A DNA stretch of 58,730 nt, from sequence record SRR20825019_449; one strand, given 5' to 3'. The translations under genes were made by a program, and so were the position numbers. Positions 1-9,870 of the stretch are shown here, in pieces. Every line of letters begins with the position of its first letter. Position 1 is the stretch's first letter. The notes beneath the pieces are model-generated. The model had not been told where the DNA came from, made no database searches, and saw only the letters and a list, made by a program, of their open reading frames with translations.

Positions 1-36
1 GTAGTCTGGTGCTCTATCCAGCTGAGCTACCGGTGC
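1..36 (-). tRNA. tRNA-Arg (probably ACG), 5' half only; cut by the window edge
   Basis: Reverse complement reads GCACCGGTAGCTCAGCTGGATAGAGCACCAGACTAC: acceptor stem, D-arm and anticodon arm up to AC[G], typical of alphaproteobacterial tRNA-Arg(ACG). Confidence 0.9.
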
Positions 37-198
37 GTGCCATCAAATCAGTCACAGCAACCTAGCGTGGCTGCGGTGTGCGGCGCAACCTAATCAGATT
101 GAATTTATATTGCAAGCGAGAAATCTGTTTTTCTTGTTTCTGCCACAAATCAGGCGTAGCGTGTGCCTCTCAACTACCGGAAATCAAAGGCTTTTACA

Positions 199-738
199 GT
201 GAAAATTGGCATAAAATACGTTTCAATTTTTATCTCTTTGTCTCTCTTGAGCGCCTGCTCAAGCTCAGACAAGGATTGGCCGAATCTTTCCGATAAGTTG
301 CCTGACGCGTCTGAGCGTGAGCGCACCCCGGAAGGCACTGATCCGGCGTCTGTGACACCAAGCGCAAAGCCAGCGCCACCGCCGCGCCCGGTGATGACAG
401 GGGACATCAGCACGCCCCCGAATGACGACCCCGCACCGCAGTCGCTCAGCGAGGCCAATACGCTTCTTGAAGAGATTAAAAAGGCGCTAAGGGAAGAAAC
501 CCTCACCTACCGGCAAACGGTTGCCAAACTGGGCACCGCTGCAAGCGAGGAACTGCAGGATATCTGGTTCAGCGCCCAATTGGCACTCACGCGCCTGAGC
601 CGCACAGCGTCCCGCCTTGACCCGCTCACGGAGCTTGAGCTGCCCCAAATTGCCGATGCGGCCAGCACGGAAGCGGAGATTATCGAGCGTTTTGTGGTGG
701 GGGAGCGCCAGCGCCTTGCGGATAGCGAGCCTAACTAA
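199..738 (+). CDS. Hypothetical lipoprotein with Pro-rich linker and helical C-terminus
   Basis: Signal peptide with lipobox LLSAC; start uncertain (GTG 199; ORF open from 163). Confidence 0.65.
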   Translation: MKIGIKYVSIFISLSLLSACSSSDKDWPNLSDKLPDASERERTPEGTDPASVTPSAKPAPPPRPVMTGDISTPPNDDPAPQSLSEANTLLEEIKKALREETLTYRQTVAKLGTAASEELQDIWFSAQLALTRLSRTASRLDPLTELELPQIADAASTEAEIIERFVVGERQRLADSEPN

Positions 739-1628
739 CGCACGACAGCTTTTTTCACCGCCAGTTCCATACAGTCTGCCGCCAATGCGCCCAAAAGCGC
801 CAGCGTGCCTGCAAGCTCACCACTTGTGGGGCGCTCACCATTTGAAATGGCGAAAATGGTATCCCCATCATAAGGCGTATGGATTGGTTTGATCGCCCTC
901 GCGAGGCCGTCATGCGCCATGATCGCGAGCCGTTTGAGCGCGGCTTTATCAAGCGCCACATTGGTCGCCACCGCCCCGATGGTGGTATTTGAGCCCACAA
1001 GGCCAAGCTTCGGGAACTCAACATCGCCGGGGGCCGAAATGCCATCCTTTGGCACCGCACCAAAACTGTTCACCGCCACAATGGCGGAGACCATGGTGCC
1101 GTCCTCGAGCGTCAAGCTCGCGCTTCCAAGCCCGCCTGGCACCGCCCCTGCCATGGCACCATGGCCCGCGCCAACCGCGCCGTGCTCTGTGCTCGCGGCA
1201 AGACCATCAAGCGCCGCATACGCGAGCCGGTGATAAGGCGGCTCATCACCCCATTCCTTGTCACCACCATTCATCAGGTCAAACAATATAGCGCTTGGCA
1301 CCACCGGCACGGCCTTGGGGCCAAGCGGCAAGCCAACACCACGGGCGGAAAGCGCGAGTGTCACGGCGTCTGCGGCGGCAAGGCCAAACACAGACCCGCC
1401 CGCTAGCACAAGGCCGTGCACCTTCTCAACCAGGCAGCTGGGGTCCAGCGCTTCCGTGTCGCGTGTGCCGGGCGCGCCGCCGCGCACATCAACCGCCATG
1501 GCCATCGGCGCATCGGGGATGATCACCGTCACGCCGGTTTTGGCGCGCGCGTCATGTGCCTGACCAACCTTAAGGCCAGCAACGTCGGTAAACTGATCCG
1601 AGGGCCCCGGTATTGCGGAAAAGCGCAT
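735..1628 (-). CDS. P1/S58 family peptidase (DmpA-like aminopeptidase)
   Basis: TDVAGLKVG, DVRGGAPGTRDT, GGSVFGL, NTTIGAVATN, HDGLARAIKPIHTPYDGD motifs. Confidence 0.9.
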   Translation of the reverse strand: MRFSAIPGPSDQFTDVAGLKVGQAHDARAKTGVTVIIPDAPMAMAVDVRGGAPGTRDTEALDPSCLVEKVHGLVLAGGSVFGLAAADAVTLALSARGVGLPLGPKAVPVVPSAILFDLMNGGDKEWGDEPPYHRLAYAALDGLAASTEHGAVGAGHGAMAGAVPGGLGSASLTLEDGTMVSAIVAVNSFGAVPKDGISAPGDVEFPKLGLVGSNTTIGAVATNVALDKAALKRLAIMAHDGLARAIKPIHTPYDGDTIFAISNGERPTSGELAGTLALLGALAADCMELAVKKAVVR

Positions 1629-1631
1629 GGT

Positions 1632-3032
1632 CTAGCCCTCCACTTCCTCACCGGGCAGGCACACCATGAAGGTGGTGCCGTCCGCGCCGGTTTCCTCAAG
1701 CCCGATCTGCCCGCCGTGGGCGAGTACGATATCGCGTGCGGTCGCCAGTCCAAGGCCCGTGCCACCCGCCCGGGCGGATGAAAACGCCTTGAAAAGCGAC
1801 GGGCGCACATGCTCAGGAATGCCGGGGCCATGATCCTTGATGCGGATATGCACAGTATGCGCCGCATCTTCCATCGCGCTCACTTCAATGCGCCCTGTGT
1901 TGCCCTGCACCTCAAAAGCGTTGCGGCACAGGTTCAGAAGCACGCGGTGTAATTGTTCCGTGTCCGCATAAACCTTAAACTCGTCATCCACCTTGATCTC
2001 AAAAGCGAACTCTTCATTATCCATAAGCCCGAGCGACTGGCCCACATCTTCCACCAAGGCTTTGAGTGGCACCCAGGCCTTCTCGGGCAGGATATCCTCT
2101 GCCTTGCCGTGCCGGATCGTGCTTTCACACAAAGCCACCGCCCGGCTTACAGCAGTCATCAGGCGGCGGGAAACCTTCTGCACGCCGGGGTGATCCACCC
2201 GCTGCAGCGCGTCTGACGCCAGTTGCGCTGTCGCCAGAATATTCCTCAGGTCATGGTTGATTTTGGCCACGGCTTCACCAAGCGCGGCCAGATGGGTTTT
2301 CTGGTTCAAGTTCTGCCTGAGCTCGTCCTGCATGCGGCCAAGCTCGCGCTCCACAAGGCCGATCTCGTCAGGGCGGCGGCTCTCACGGCTCCGCTTGGGC
2401 ACAGCTTCCGGCTTGCGGCGGAAGGCAACAATGCGGTCTTTCACCCGGCGCATGGGGCGCACAAGCATCCAGTGCAGCGCCAGATAAACCAGAATGCCGG
2501 TGAAAAGCGATATCAGGACCGACAGCACCAGCACATTATTGGAATAGTTCGCCAGCGCGCGGTAAAGCCCCATCTCGTCGATGGTGATCTCAAGCATGCG
2601 CGTGCCAGGCAGCATGGGGTCCCCCACAATGCGTACCACCCGGTTACCACCTGCCTCAAGCGTATCAAACGCATCCATGATCAGCGTGCCGAGCGAAGGA
2701 TTCCTGAGGTCATAGGTGCCGTTCACCTCTGCGGGCATCACATCAAACCCGAGCACGAGGCTTTTATCCTCGCGCCTGACAATAATGGCAATCACGCCCG
2801 ATTGGTTAAGAAGCCGCTGCTCAAGCGCGGGGCTGACCATATTATTAGGTGCCTCTTCAAGCGCGAGCACCGCGATCTGCGCGTTCTCAAGCCGTGTAGC
2901 TATATAGTCCTGTCGGAAGGTAGCGATCGACGGCAGATATACAAACACAGACACCCCCATCACAAAGATGAAGGTGAGAATCAGCAGGCGGGACCTGAGA
3001 CTAGATGTAAACGGTCTGTAATGCTCGGGCAT
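1632..3032 (-). CDS. Membrane sensor histidine kinase (HAMP, HisKA, HATPase)
   Basis: Two TM segments, H-box KINHDLRN, N-box NLCRNA, DHGPG, GTGLGL. Confidence 0.92.
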   Translation of the reverse strand: MPEHYRPFTSSLRSRLLILTFIFVMGVSVFVYLPSIATFRQDYIATRLENAQIAVLALEEAPNNMVSPALEQRLLNQSGVIAIIVRREDKSLVLGFDVMPAEVNGTYDLRNPSLGTLIMDAFDTLEAGGNRVVRIVGDPMLPGTRMLEITIDEMGLYRALANYSNNVLVLSVLISLFTGILVYLALHWMLVRPMRRVKDRIVAFRRKPEAVPKRSRESRRPDEIGLVERELGRMQDELRQNLNQKTHLAALGEAVAKINHDLRNILATAQLASDALQRVDHPGVQKVSRRLMTAVSRAVALCESTIRHGKAEDILPEKAWVPLKALVEDVGQSLGLMDNEEFAFEIKVDDEFKVYADTEQLHRVLLNLCRNAFEVQGNTGRIEVSAMEDAAHTVHIRIKDHGPGIPEHVRPSLFKAFSSARAGGTGLGLATARDIVLAHGGQIGLEETGADGTTFMVCLPGEEVEG

Positions 3033-3322
3033 AAAAAGTGTTGAATCCCATCCCGGAGCGAATTGCAAGTAAACTAACGAGGGTGGGCGAATCGCCACAG
3101 CCTCCCTCAATTGTTACGAACAAGCGTCCCCTTGGGCTTAGATTTGGTTACAAATATCGCGATAACAACCAAAATTTCGCCAAATGGGGGCGAAATTATG
3201 TTAAGTACTGCCTTCAGCGCTGTTGACTTGGTTTGAAGTCACGGTTATACAGCGCGCTCGAAATTTGGACGCCGGGCCGCGGGTTTCCCGCAAGGCTAGG
3301 TGATAAAGCTGGAGTAAGACAA

Positions 3323-3457
3323 GTGAAACGGACCTTTCAACCGAGTGTACTCGTTCGCAAACGCCGTCACGGTTTCCGTGCGCGTATGGCGACCGTTGGT
3401 GGCCGCAGGGTGCTGAATGCACGCCGCGCCAAAGGCCGGAAGCGCCTGTCGGCGTAA
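3323..3457 (+). CDS. rpmH: 50S ribosomal protein L34
   Basis: GTG start after [26 protein letters not shown]...GRKRLSA. Confidence 0.98.
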   Translation: MKRTFQPSVLVRKRRHGFRARMATVGGRRVLNARRAKGRKRLSA

Positions 3458-3502
3458 AGGTCTTGGGGGTGCTTAGCACCTTCCACTAGTCACAGATGAA
3501 AT

Positions 3503-3540
3503 GCCGACCGAGAGATATCCGGTCGGCTTTCTTTGTTTTT
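3503..3540 (+). terminator. Intrinsic terminator after rpmH
   Basis: Stem GCCGACCG/CGGTCGGC followed by TTTCTTTGTTTTT. Confidence 0.75.
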
Positions 3541-3617
3541 GGGGTAACCTGCGCCGCAGATGGCAAAGCGCCCCTTGAAAACACCCTGAACAAGCTTTCG
3601 GGCATGAGCATTTAGGC

Positions 3618-4073
3618 ATGAACACAGGCATAGAGCTTGAACGCGTAACAAAACGGCCGGAATATCTGGCTATTGCCGCGACACGCCGCAAGTGGGTCAC
3701 GCCAAGCTTTATTGTGCAGGCCCGCCCTGCTGAAACCGAAGTTGCTGACATCGACCCCGCCGAATCGGAACAAACAGGTATCGAGATCGACCCCATCACG
3801 CGGATCGGCTTTACCGTTTCAAAAAAAGTTGGCGGGGCGGTCAAACGCAACCGCGCCCGGCGCAGGTTAAAGGAAGCCGCACGTACAGCGTTCAGCAAAT
3901 ATGGCTCGCCAGGCTGGGCTTATGTGGTGATCGGCAGACCTGCGGCAATCTCTTATGATTTTGAGAAAATGCAGGCAGATATGCGCTGGGCTCTTGCAAA
4001 ACTGGCCTCCGGCGCCGACTTAAAACCAAGCCAGAACGGCCAGAACAAGCCAAAAGACAGGAAAAACACCTGA
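3618..4073 (+). CDS. rnpA: Ribonuclease P protein component
   Basis: [24 protein letters not shown] (RNR motif); follows rpmH. Confidence 0.96.
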   Translation: MNTGIELERVTKRPEYLAIAATRRKWVTPSFIVQARPAETEVADIDPAESEQTGIEIDPITRIGFTVSKKVGGAVKRNRARRRLKEAARTAFSKYGSPGWAYVVIGRPAAISYDFEKMQADMRWALAKLASGADLKPSQNGQNKPKDRKNT

Positions 4074-4438
4074 TGAAAACACCCGGCATGGAAAAGCAGC
4101 GCCTTTCCCCCATCGCCTGGGTCGCGCTTGGGATTATCAAGATATATCAGTTGTTTATCTCGCCACTTCTGGGGCCAAACTGCCGCTTTCAGCCCACCTG
4201 CAGCGCTTATGCGGTTGAGGCTATTCGCACCCACGGCGGTGTGCGCGGGTCATGGCTGGCAATATGCCGCATGGCAAGGTGCCATCCTTGGGGTGGATTT
4301 GGATACGATCCTGTGCCACAAAGCGGGCGCAGTTTAGCAAGTGAGGCAGAGGCACCATGTGGTTGCGCCGATGCACACAAGAGTGAAAAGGCTGGCCAAG
4401 ACCGGCCGCATGATCAGGGTATGACGTCTCATGGGTGA
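4073..4438 (+). CDS. yidD: Membrane protein insertion efficiency factor
   Basis: [23 protein letters not shown]...[14 protein letters not shown]. Confidence 0.95.
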   Translation: MKTPGMEKQRLSPIAWVALGIIKIYQLFISPLLGPNCRFQPTCSAYAVEAIRTHGGVRGSWLAICRMARCHPWGGFGYDPVPQSGRSLASEAEAPCGCADAHKSEKAGQDRPHDQGMTSHG

Positions 4439-6173
4439 CAATAAGAATTTCGTGCTTTTTGGCGTGATTGCACTGGCAATCCTGCTTGGCTACCAACAGT
4501 TTTATGCCGGGCCAAAAATGGAAGCCGCACGCCAATATGAAGAGCAACTGGTGCAAGAACGCGCCATTGAAGAGGCTCTCGCCCCCAAGGAAATTGCCCC
4601 GATCGACGATGCAGACAGTAATCTGGCCGCCACAGAGGTCGCAGAGCCCGTGGAAGATGCGGGCAGCGTTCGCATTGAAACACCTGAGCTTAGCGGTTCC
4701 ATGTCGCTGCGCGGTGCCCGCTTTGATGACCTCCTGCTCGTCAACCACAAGACAAGCATGGACGAAAACGCCAAAGACGTTCGCCTGCTAAAACCACAAG
4801 GCCGGGCTGACGCTTATTCGATCCGGTACGGCTGGGCCGCTTCAAGCCAAAACCCGGACGCCGTGCCAACCGCAAACAGCATCTGGTCTACTGACAGCGA
4901 TATCCTGACCCCAACGTCACCGGTAACACTATCATGGGATAACGGCGAAGGCCTGCGCTTCCTGATGGAGATTGAAGTGGATGAAGAGTTTCTCTTCACT
5001 GTGACACAAAGCGTGGTCAACTCCACTGACGAAACAATGCAGATCGCGCCTTTTGGCCGCATCAGCCGTCATGGCGAGCCCAAGACAGATGGTCTCTATA
5101 TTCTGCATGAAGGCCCCCTTGGTGTGTTTAACGGCACGCTTGAAGAAATGTCATACTCTGACCTTGAGGACGGCAATTTCGAGACCGGCACCACGGGTGG
5201 CTGGATGGGTATCACCGATAAATTCTGGATGACCACCCTGATCCCGGACCAGAATGCCGAGCTTTCCCGCGCGCGTTTTGTGCGCCGCGCTACAGCAGCC
5301 AACGTCACCTATCTGGTCGATTATGTTCAGAACTGGCAGTCCCTTCACGCGGGCAGCAGCATTGAGACAACAAGCCGCTTTTATGCGGGCGCCAAGATCG
5401 TTGGCACCATCGACAAATATCAGGAAAAATATGATATCGCGCTCTTTGACCGCACCATCGACTGGGGCTGGTTCTATTGGCTGACACGGCCAATCTTCAA
5501 AGGTCTGCACTATCTCTTTGGCCTGACAGGCAACTATGGCGTAGCCATTCTGTTGATGACCGTGGTGTTGAAGATCATCCTGTTCCCGCTCGCGAACAAA
5601 TCCTATGTGTCCATGAGCCACATGAAAGACGCGCAGCCCAAGATCAAAAAGCTGCAGGAACGCTACAAGGATGATCGCCAGAAGCTCCAGCAGGAAATGA
5701 TGGAGCTGTATAAAAAAGAGAAGATCAACCCGATGGCTGGCTGTCTGCCCATCCTGATCCAGATTCCGATCTTCTTTGCGCTTTATAAGGTGCTGTATGT
5801 CACCATCGAGATGCGGCACCAGCCCTTCTTTGGCTGGCTCAAGGATTTGTCTGCGCCGGACCCCATGACACCGCTCACGCTTTTTGGTGCCATTGACTGG
5901 AGCCCACCGGCGTTCCTTGCTGTTGGTATCCTGCCAATCCTGATGGGTGTTTCCATGTGGCTGCAACAGAAGCTGAACCCGCAGTCCGCGGCGATGGACC
6001 CGACACAGCAGAAGATCATGAGCTTCCTGCCCATCATCTTCACCTTCATCATGGCACCTTTCAGTGCAGGCCTCGTGCTTTACTGGACATGGAACAACAT
6101 CCTTTCCATCGGGCAACAATGGGTGATCATGCGCCGCGAACACGCGCGCCGTGAGGCCAAGGGCAAAGTCTGA
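4431..6173 (+). CDS. yidC: Membrane protein insertase
   Basis: [40 protein letters not shown]. Confidence 0.97.
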   Translation: MGDNKNFVLFGVIALAILLGYQQFYAGPKMEAARQYEEQLVQERAIEEALAPKEIAPIDDADSNLAATEVAEPVEDAGSVRIETPELSGSMSLRGARFDDLLLVNHKTSMDENAKDVRLLKPQGRADAYSIRYGWAASSQNPDAVPTANSIWSTDSDILTPTSPVTLSWDNGEGLRFLMEIEVDEEFLFTVTQSVVNSTDETMQIAPFGRISRHGEPKTDGLYILHEGPLGVFNGTLEEMSYSDLEDGNFETGTTGGWMGITDKFWMTTLIPDQNAELSRARFVRRATAANVTYLVDYVQNWQSLHAGSSIETTSRFYAGAKIVGTIDKYQEKYDIALFDRTIDWGWFYWLTRPIFKGLHYLFGLTGNYGVAILLMTVVLKIILFPLANKSYVSMSHMKDAQPKIKKLQERYKDDRQKLQQEMMELYKKEKINPMAGCLPILIQIPIFFALYKVLYVTIEMRHQPFFGWLKDLSAPDPMTPLTLFGAIDWSPPAFLAVGILPILMGVSMWLQQKLNPQSAAMDPTQQKIMSFLPIIFTFIMAPFSAGLVLYWTWNNILSIGQQWVIMRREHARREAKGKV

Positions 6174-6174
6174 T

Positions 6175-6828
6175 ATGGAAGAAGAACGCTTCACCCAGAC
6201 AGATATGGAACGTGGCCGGCTTTTATTTGCCGGCCCCGTTGACTTTGTCATGGGCGCGGTTTCGCTTGATACCCTGCCGGGCGCTGACCGGCCGGAAGTT
6301 GCTTTTGCCGGACGCTCGAACGTTGGTAAATCAAGCCTTGTGAACGCACTTACGGGCCGCAAGACGCTGGCGCGTACGTCAAACACACCGGGCCGCACGC
6401 AAGAGCTGAACTATTTCTCCATCGGGAAAGAGCTTGAGCTGGACGCCTATATGGTTGACCTGCCCGGTTATGGGTACGCCAAGATTGAGCGCAAGAAAGT
6501 GCATGCCTGGACCCGGCTGGTGAAAGATTACCTGCGCGGGCGGCCGAACCTGCGCCGGATCATGCTGTTGATCGACAGCCGCCATGGCCTCAAGGAAAAT
6601 GACCGCGAGATCATGACCATGCTGGATGAAGCCGCTGTCAACTATCAGGTCGTGCTCACCAAGCTTGATAAGCTCAAGGTGATTGACCGCGAAAAGATCC
6701 TGAAAAAAACCCAGGACGACGCGAAAAAATATATCGCCTGCCATCCTGTTGTGCTGGCCACCTCAAGCGAAAAAGGCTGGGGCATCCCCGAGCTGCGCGC
6801 GGAACTTTGCCAGACCTTCTCTTTTTAG
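6175..6828 (+). CDS. engB: Ribosome biogenesis GTPase YihA/YsxC
   Basis: GRSNVGKSS, DLPGYG, TKLDK; follows yidC. Confidence 0.95.
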   Translation: MEEERFTQTDMERGRLLFAGPVDFVMGAVSLDTLPGADRPEVAFAGRSNVGKSSLVNALTGRKTLARTSNTPGRTQELNYFSIGKELELDAYMVDLPGYGYAKIERKKVHAWTRLVKDYLRGRPNLRRIMLLIDSRHGLKENDREIMTMLDEAAVNYQVVLTKLDKLKVIDREKILKKTQDDAKKYIACHPVVLATSSEKGWGIPELRAELCQTFSF

Positions 6829-6832
6829 GCCC

Positions 6833-7267
6833 ATGAACTCCCCGCTGAACACGTTGGAGCTGCGGAGAGGCGGCACATATCATGGCCGCTATGAGGTTTT
6901 TGATATCTGGGTGGATGGCGAACGCCTTCTGGACCGGCTGGCCGCGTTTGAGGCGCGTTATACGGATAGGATCGCCGGGGCCTATGTTCCCCATTTGCCG
7001 GTAAGCTCTACACGAAAAAACCTGCTGCCACCAAGTGACGGTTTTGTGCCCTATGCCTGTGACTGCGGCGAGTGGCAGTGCTGGTTTATCACCTGCAACA
7101 TATCTGCGGACTACGGCTTTGTGCGTTGGCACGGCTGGTCAAACCCCTACCGGGGCGACAAATCCAAAGCCGATCAGGGGCTTTACTGGAGCTACCGTGA
7201 TTTCCCCGACCTGAATTTCGATCAGGAAGCCTACAAGGCCACCATTGAAGCCGCGCTCAAGGCTTGA
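6833..7267 (+). CDS. Hypothetical protein with CxCGxxxC motif
   Basis: ATG 5 nt after the engB stop; ACDCGEWQCWF; protein-like composition. Confidence 0.7.
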   Translation: MNSPLNTLELRRGGTYHGRYEVFDIWVDGERLLDRLAAFEARYTDRIAGAYVPHLPVSSTRKNLLPPSDGFVPYACDCGEWQCWFITCNISADYGFVRWHGWSNPYRGDKSKADQGLYWSYRDFPDLNFDQEAYKATIEAALKA

Positions 7268-7289
7268 AATTCAAAAAAATTATCGGCGA

Positions 7290-7317
7290 TGTCGAAATTG
7301 CCACCATGTCATCCGTC
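7290..7317 (+). promoter_or_regulatory. Putative ECF42-type promoter
   Basis: TGTCGA-N18-CGTC upstream of the yciI-ECF42 pair; resembles the described ECF42 target motif. Confidence 0.6.
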
Positions 7318-7377
7318 GATGGGGCTATAACGGGCAAATAGGGCGCCGTGCCCACCTGCCCTGACACTCAGGAGACG

Positions 7378-7731
7378 ATGATGGCAAATTTCATGCTTGT
7401 GCTGCACGACCGGCTTGACGGTTTTTCAACTCTTTCGCATGACGAGATGATGGCGATGATCAAGGAATATACCGCCTGGACCGAAAAGATGCTGGCGGAA
7501 GGCCGCTTCCTCGGCGGTGAAAAACTCAAGGACGAACCGGGACGGCAGATCATGGCTGGCAAGAGCGGGATTGAGACCCACGCCGGACCGTTTACCGAAA
7601 CGGGTGAGATGATCGGCGGTTATATGACGATCAGCGCCAATGACTACGACGAAGCCGTTGAGATCGCCAAAACCTGCCCACACGCGAAATATGGGCGTAT
7701 TGAGCTTCGGGAAATTGACCAGATAAAATAA
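7378..7731 (+). CDS. YciI/DGPF family protein
   Basis: AGPFTETGEMIGGY...DEAVEIAKTCP...IELREI. Confidence 0.9.
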   Translation: MMANFMLVLHDRLDGFSTLSHDEMMAMIKEYTAWTEKMLAEGRFLGGEKLKDEPGRQIMAGKSGIETHAGPFTETGEMIGGYMTISANDYDEAVEIAKTCPHAKYGRIELREIDQIK

Positions 7732-9002
7732 TGCACCCCGAGCTAGATACACACGGGCCAAATACACCCGAGAACGACACTGAGGTAAAACGCACGCTTG
7801 ACCAGTTGTTCCGCCGCGAGACGGGGCGGCTGGTCGCGTCACTTGTCAGGCGGCTTGGGGCCCATCATCTGACACTTGCGGAAGACATCGCGCAGGAGGC
7901 CCTGCTGGCCGCCGCCCGCACCTGGCCATATGATGGCATGCCCGACAACCCCGCCGCGTGGCTCAACCGGGTTGCCACCAATAGGGCGATTGACCTGATC
8001 CGGCGCCAGAAAACAGCCAGCGAGGCCGCGCTCGTGAATACCGAGCGAGGTTCCTTGATCACTGAGACACTGGGGCCTGAGGATAACCAGCTACGCCTTC
8101 TGATGTTGTGTTGCCATGGTGACGTGCCGGAGATGGACCGGCTCACTCTCACGCTCAATATCTGTTTTGGTTTCAGCGCACGCGAGGTGGCCCGGCTTTT
8201 CCTCAAGGAACCAAGCGCCATAAGCGCCCGGCTCACCCGCGCCAAGACAAAACTGCAGATCAATGCACCAGACTTTGCCTGGCCAACGCCGATGGAGCTC
8301 GATACCCGCATCACGTCTGTGCTCAAGGTTATTTATCTGGCCTTCAGCCTTGGGTATAGCCCACGGGAAGGCGCGCTGGCCGTGCGGCAGGATACAGCGC
8401 TTGAGGCACTTCATATGGTTGAACTGTTGGCGAGTGAAACTTCAGCGCGCGGTGATGTCTGTGCGCTGGCGGCACTCCTGTGCCTGCAGGCTTCCCGCCT
8501 TGGCAGCCGGACAGACGATGAGGGCCGGTTTGTGCTCCTCAAAGCGCAGGATCGGAAGATGTGGGACCAAGCCCTGATCAGCCGCGGGTTTCACTATCTG
8601 GCGCAAGCGCGGGCCAGCGATGTGCTCAGCCGCTATCACATAGAAGCCGGGATCGCCGCGCTGCATGCCAGCGCACCTTCGTTTGGTGAGACCGACTGGA
8701 ACGGAATTTGTGGCCTGTATGAAACGCTGGAGGCGGTTACCGATTCACCGGTCGCGGCGCTCAATCATGCGGTTGCGCTGTCCGCAGCCGGGCAGCCTGA
8801 TGCAGCGCTTTTGAAAATCACCAAGCTCGAGTGCCTTGAGACTTTTACGCACGATATCTATTTCCACACCGCAAAAGCGGAAGTGCTGCTGATGAACGGT
8901 GATAAAATTTCAGCGAAAGCCGCTTTCATTCAGGCGCAAAACTGCATCGGCACCAGCACGGACATCACTCACCTCGAACACCGCCTCAGCGAATGTTTTT
9001 AA
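7731..9002 (+). CDS. ECF sigma factor with long C-terminal TPR-like extension (ECF42 type)
   Basis: AEDIAQEA, WPYDGMPDNPAAWL, LRLLMLCCH, QDRKMWD, SPVAALNHAVA; TAATG overlap with the YciI gene. Confidence 0.9.
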   Translation: MHPELDTHGPNTPENDTEVKRTLDQLFRRETGRLVASLVRRLGAHHLTLAEDIAQEALLAAARTWPYDGMPDNPAAWLNRVATNRAIDLIRRQKTASEAALVNTERGSLITETLGPEDNQLRLLMLCCHGDVPEMDRLTLTLNICFGFSAREVARLFLKEPSAISARLTRAKTKLQINAPDFAWPTPMELDTRITSVLKVIYLAFSLGYSPREGALAVRQDTALEALHMVELLASETSARGDVCALAALLCLQASRLGSRTDDEGRFVLLKAQDRKMWDQALISRGFHYLAQARASDVLSRYHIEAGIAALHASAPSFGETDWNGICGLYETLEAVTDSPVAALNHAVALSAAGQPDAALLKITKLECLETFTHDIYFHTAKAEVLLMNGDKISAKAAFIQAQNCIGTSTDITHLEHRLSECF

Positions 9003-9013
9003 GCCGTATTCGC

Positions 9014-9097
9014 GCCACACTGTACGCCGCATTTTAGGCCACACTGGCGCCACACTATTGCCTACAGACCCGCCACACTTCTGTGGTCAGTGTGGCG
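9014..9097. repeat. Cluster of GCCACACT octamers (4 direct, 1 inverted)
   Basis: Copies at 9014, 9038, 9049, 9072; inverted AGTGTGGC at 9089 forms a hairpin with the 9072 copy. Confidence 0.8.
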
Positions 9098-9113
9098 TAA
9101 ATTTCGCGCTCAA

Positions 9114-9455
9114 TCAGTCGTCAAACGCGTCCAAGGTCTCCCTTGAAATAGAGCGAAAACGACGAATAAGTCCATCGATCTCAGCCGCTCGTTCAGCCCG
9201 CGCTGCTTCCTCAAGCGCAAGGCAGGCCTCACCCAGCCGCATTGCACCAAAGCTTCGTGCAGCGCTTTTCAGCGCATGTGCTTGAATTTCAAGCTGTTCC
9301 AGATCCCCCTCTGATGCGAACCTGGCCAGCGCTGTACCTGTTTTGGCAATCTCTTGCTTGAGCGAACTTACAAGAAACGCAGCTGACTCCTGTCCAACAT
9401 CGGCGGTCAACCGGTCCAGAACCGGTTGATCGAGAAGTGGCATTTGACCCCCCAT
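9114..9455 (-). CDS. Stand-alone Hpt domain protein
   Basis: AHALKSAARSFGAMRL Hpt motif; AGGAGA RBS. Confidence 0.9.
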   Translation of the reverse strand: MGGQMPLLDQPVLDRLTADVGQESAAFLVSSLKQEIAKTGTALARFASEGDLEQLEIQAHALKSAARSFGAMRLGEACLALEEAARAERAAEIDGLIRRFRSISRETLDAFDD

Positions 9456-9510
9456 AATGCTCTCCTTCACTCTATGGTGCAGCAAGCCGAAGCTTGCTAA
9501 CCTTTGTACG

Positions 9511-9768
9511 TTACTCGCTCGCCAGCGGTTTACTCAACCGATAAATACCTTTGAGACCCTCAGGGGACACCACCTTGCGCTTGCGAATGAAGCTGAGCGC
9601 ACCCTCATGATAGAGCGCTACTGCCTGCTCCCGCACGCGGGGCAGAAGCTTGCGCCAGTCTTCCCCTTCATCCACCAGCGCCTGGGCGATATCGCGCGGT
9701 GCAACGCTGTTGCCTGGCTCAATTTGTTTCACTATTTCATTCCTTATGGTGTCATTGCCTGCGGCCAT
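9511..9768 (-). CDS. DUF3253 family small protein
   Basis: SVAPRDIAQAL...WRKLLPRVREQA...RKRKVV...KGIYRL. Confidence 0.8.
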   Translation of the reverse strand: MAAGNDTIRNEIVKQIEPGNSVAPRDIAQALVDEGEDWRKLLPRVREQAVALYHEGALSFIRKRKVVSPEGLKGIYRLSKPLASE

Positions 9769-9870
9769 GCCGTTTCCTCTCGTAAATCCGACAATTCAGC
9801 GCTTTTTTACTTTCCCCCAAAGGGGGGTTCGGGCTAGTGTCCCCGGCATTGTTCCAACAAGGGGTGTCCC

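Noticed and set aside
3033-3322. Possible oriC next to rpmH
   Set aside because: No dnaA and no cluster of TTATCCACA boxes seen
5151-6398. Long antisense ORF (415 aa) and similar shadow ORFs such as 2223-3044, 31878-32672 and 50019-50912
   Set aside because: Opposite-strand shadows of well-supported genes, with no recognisable motifs
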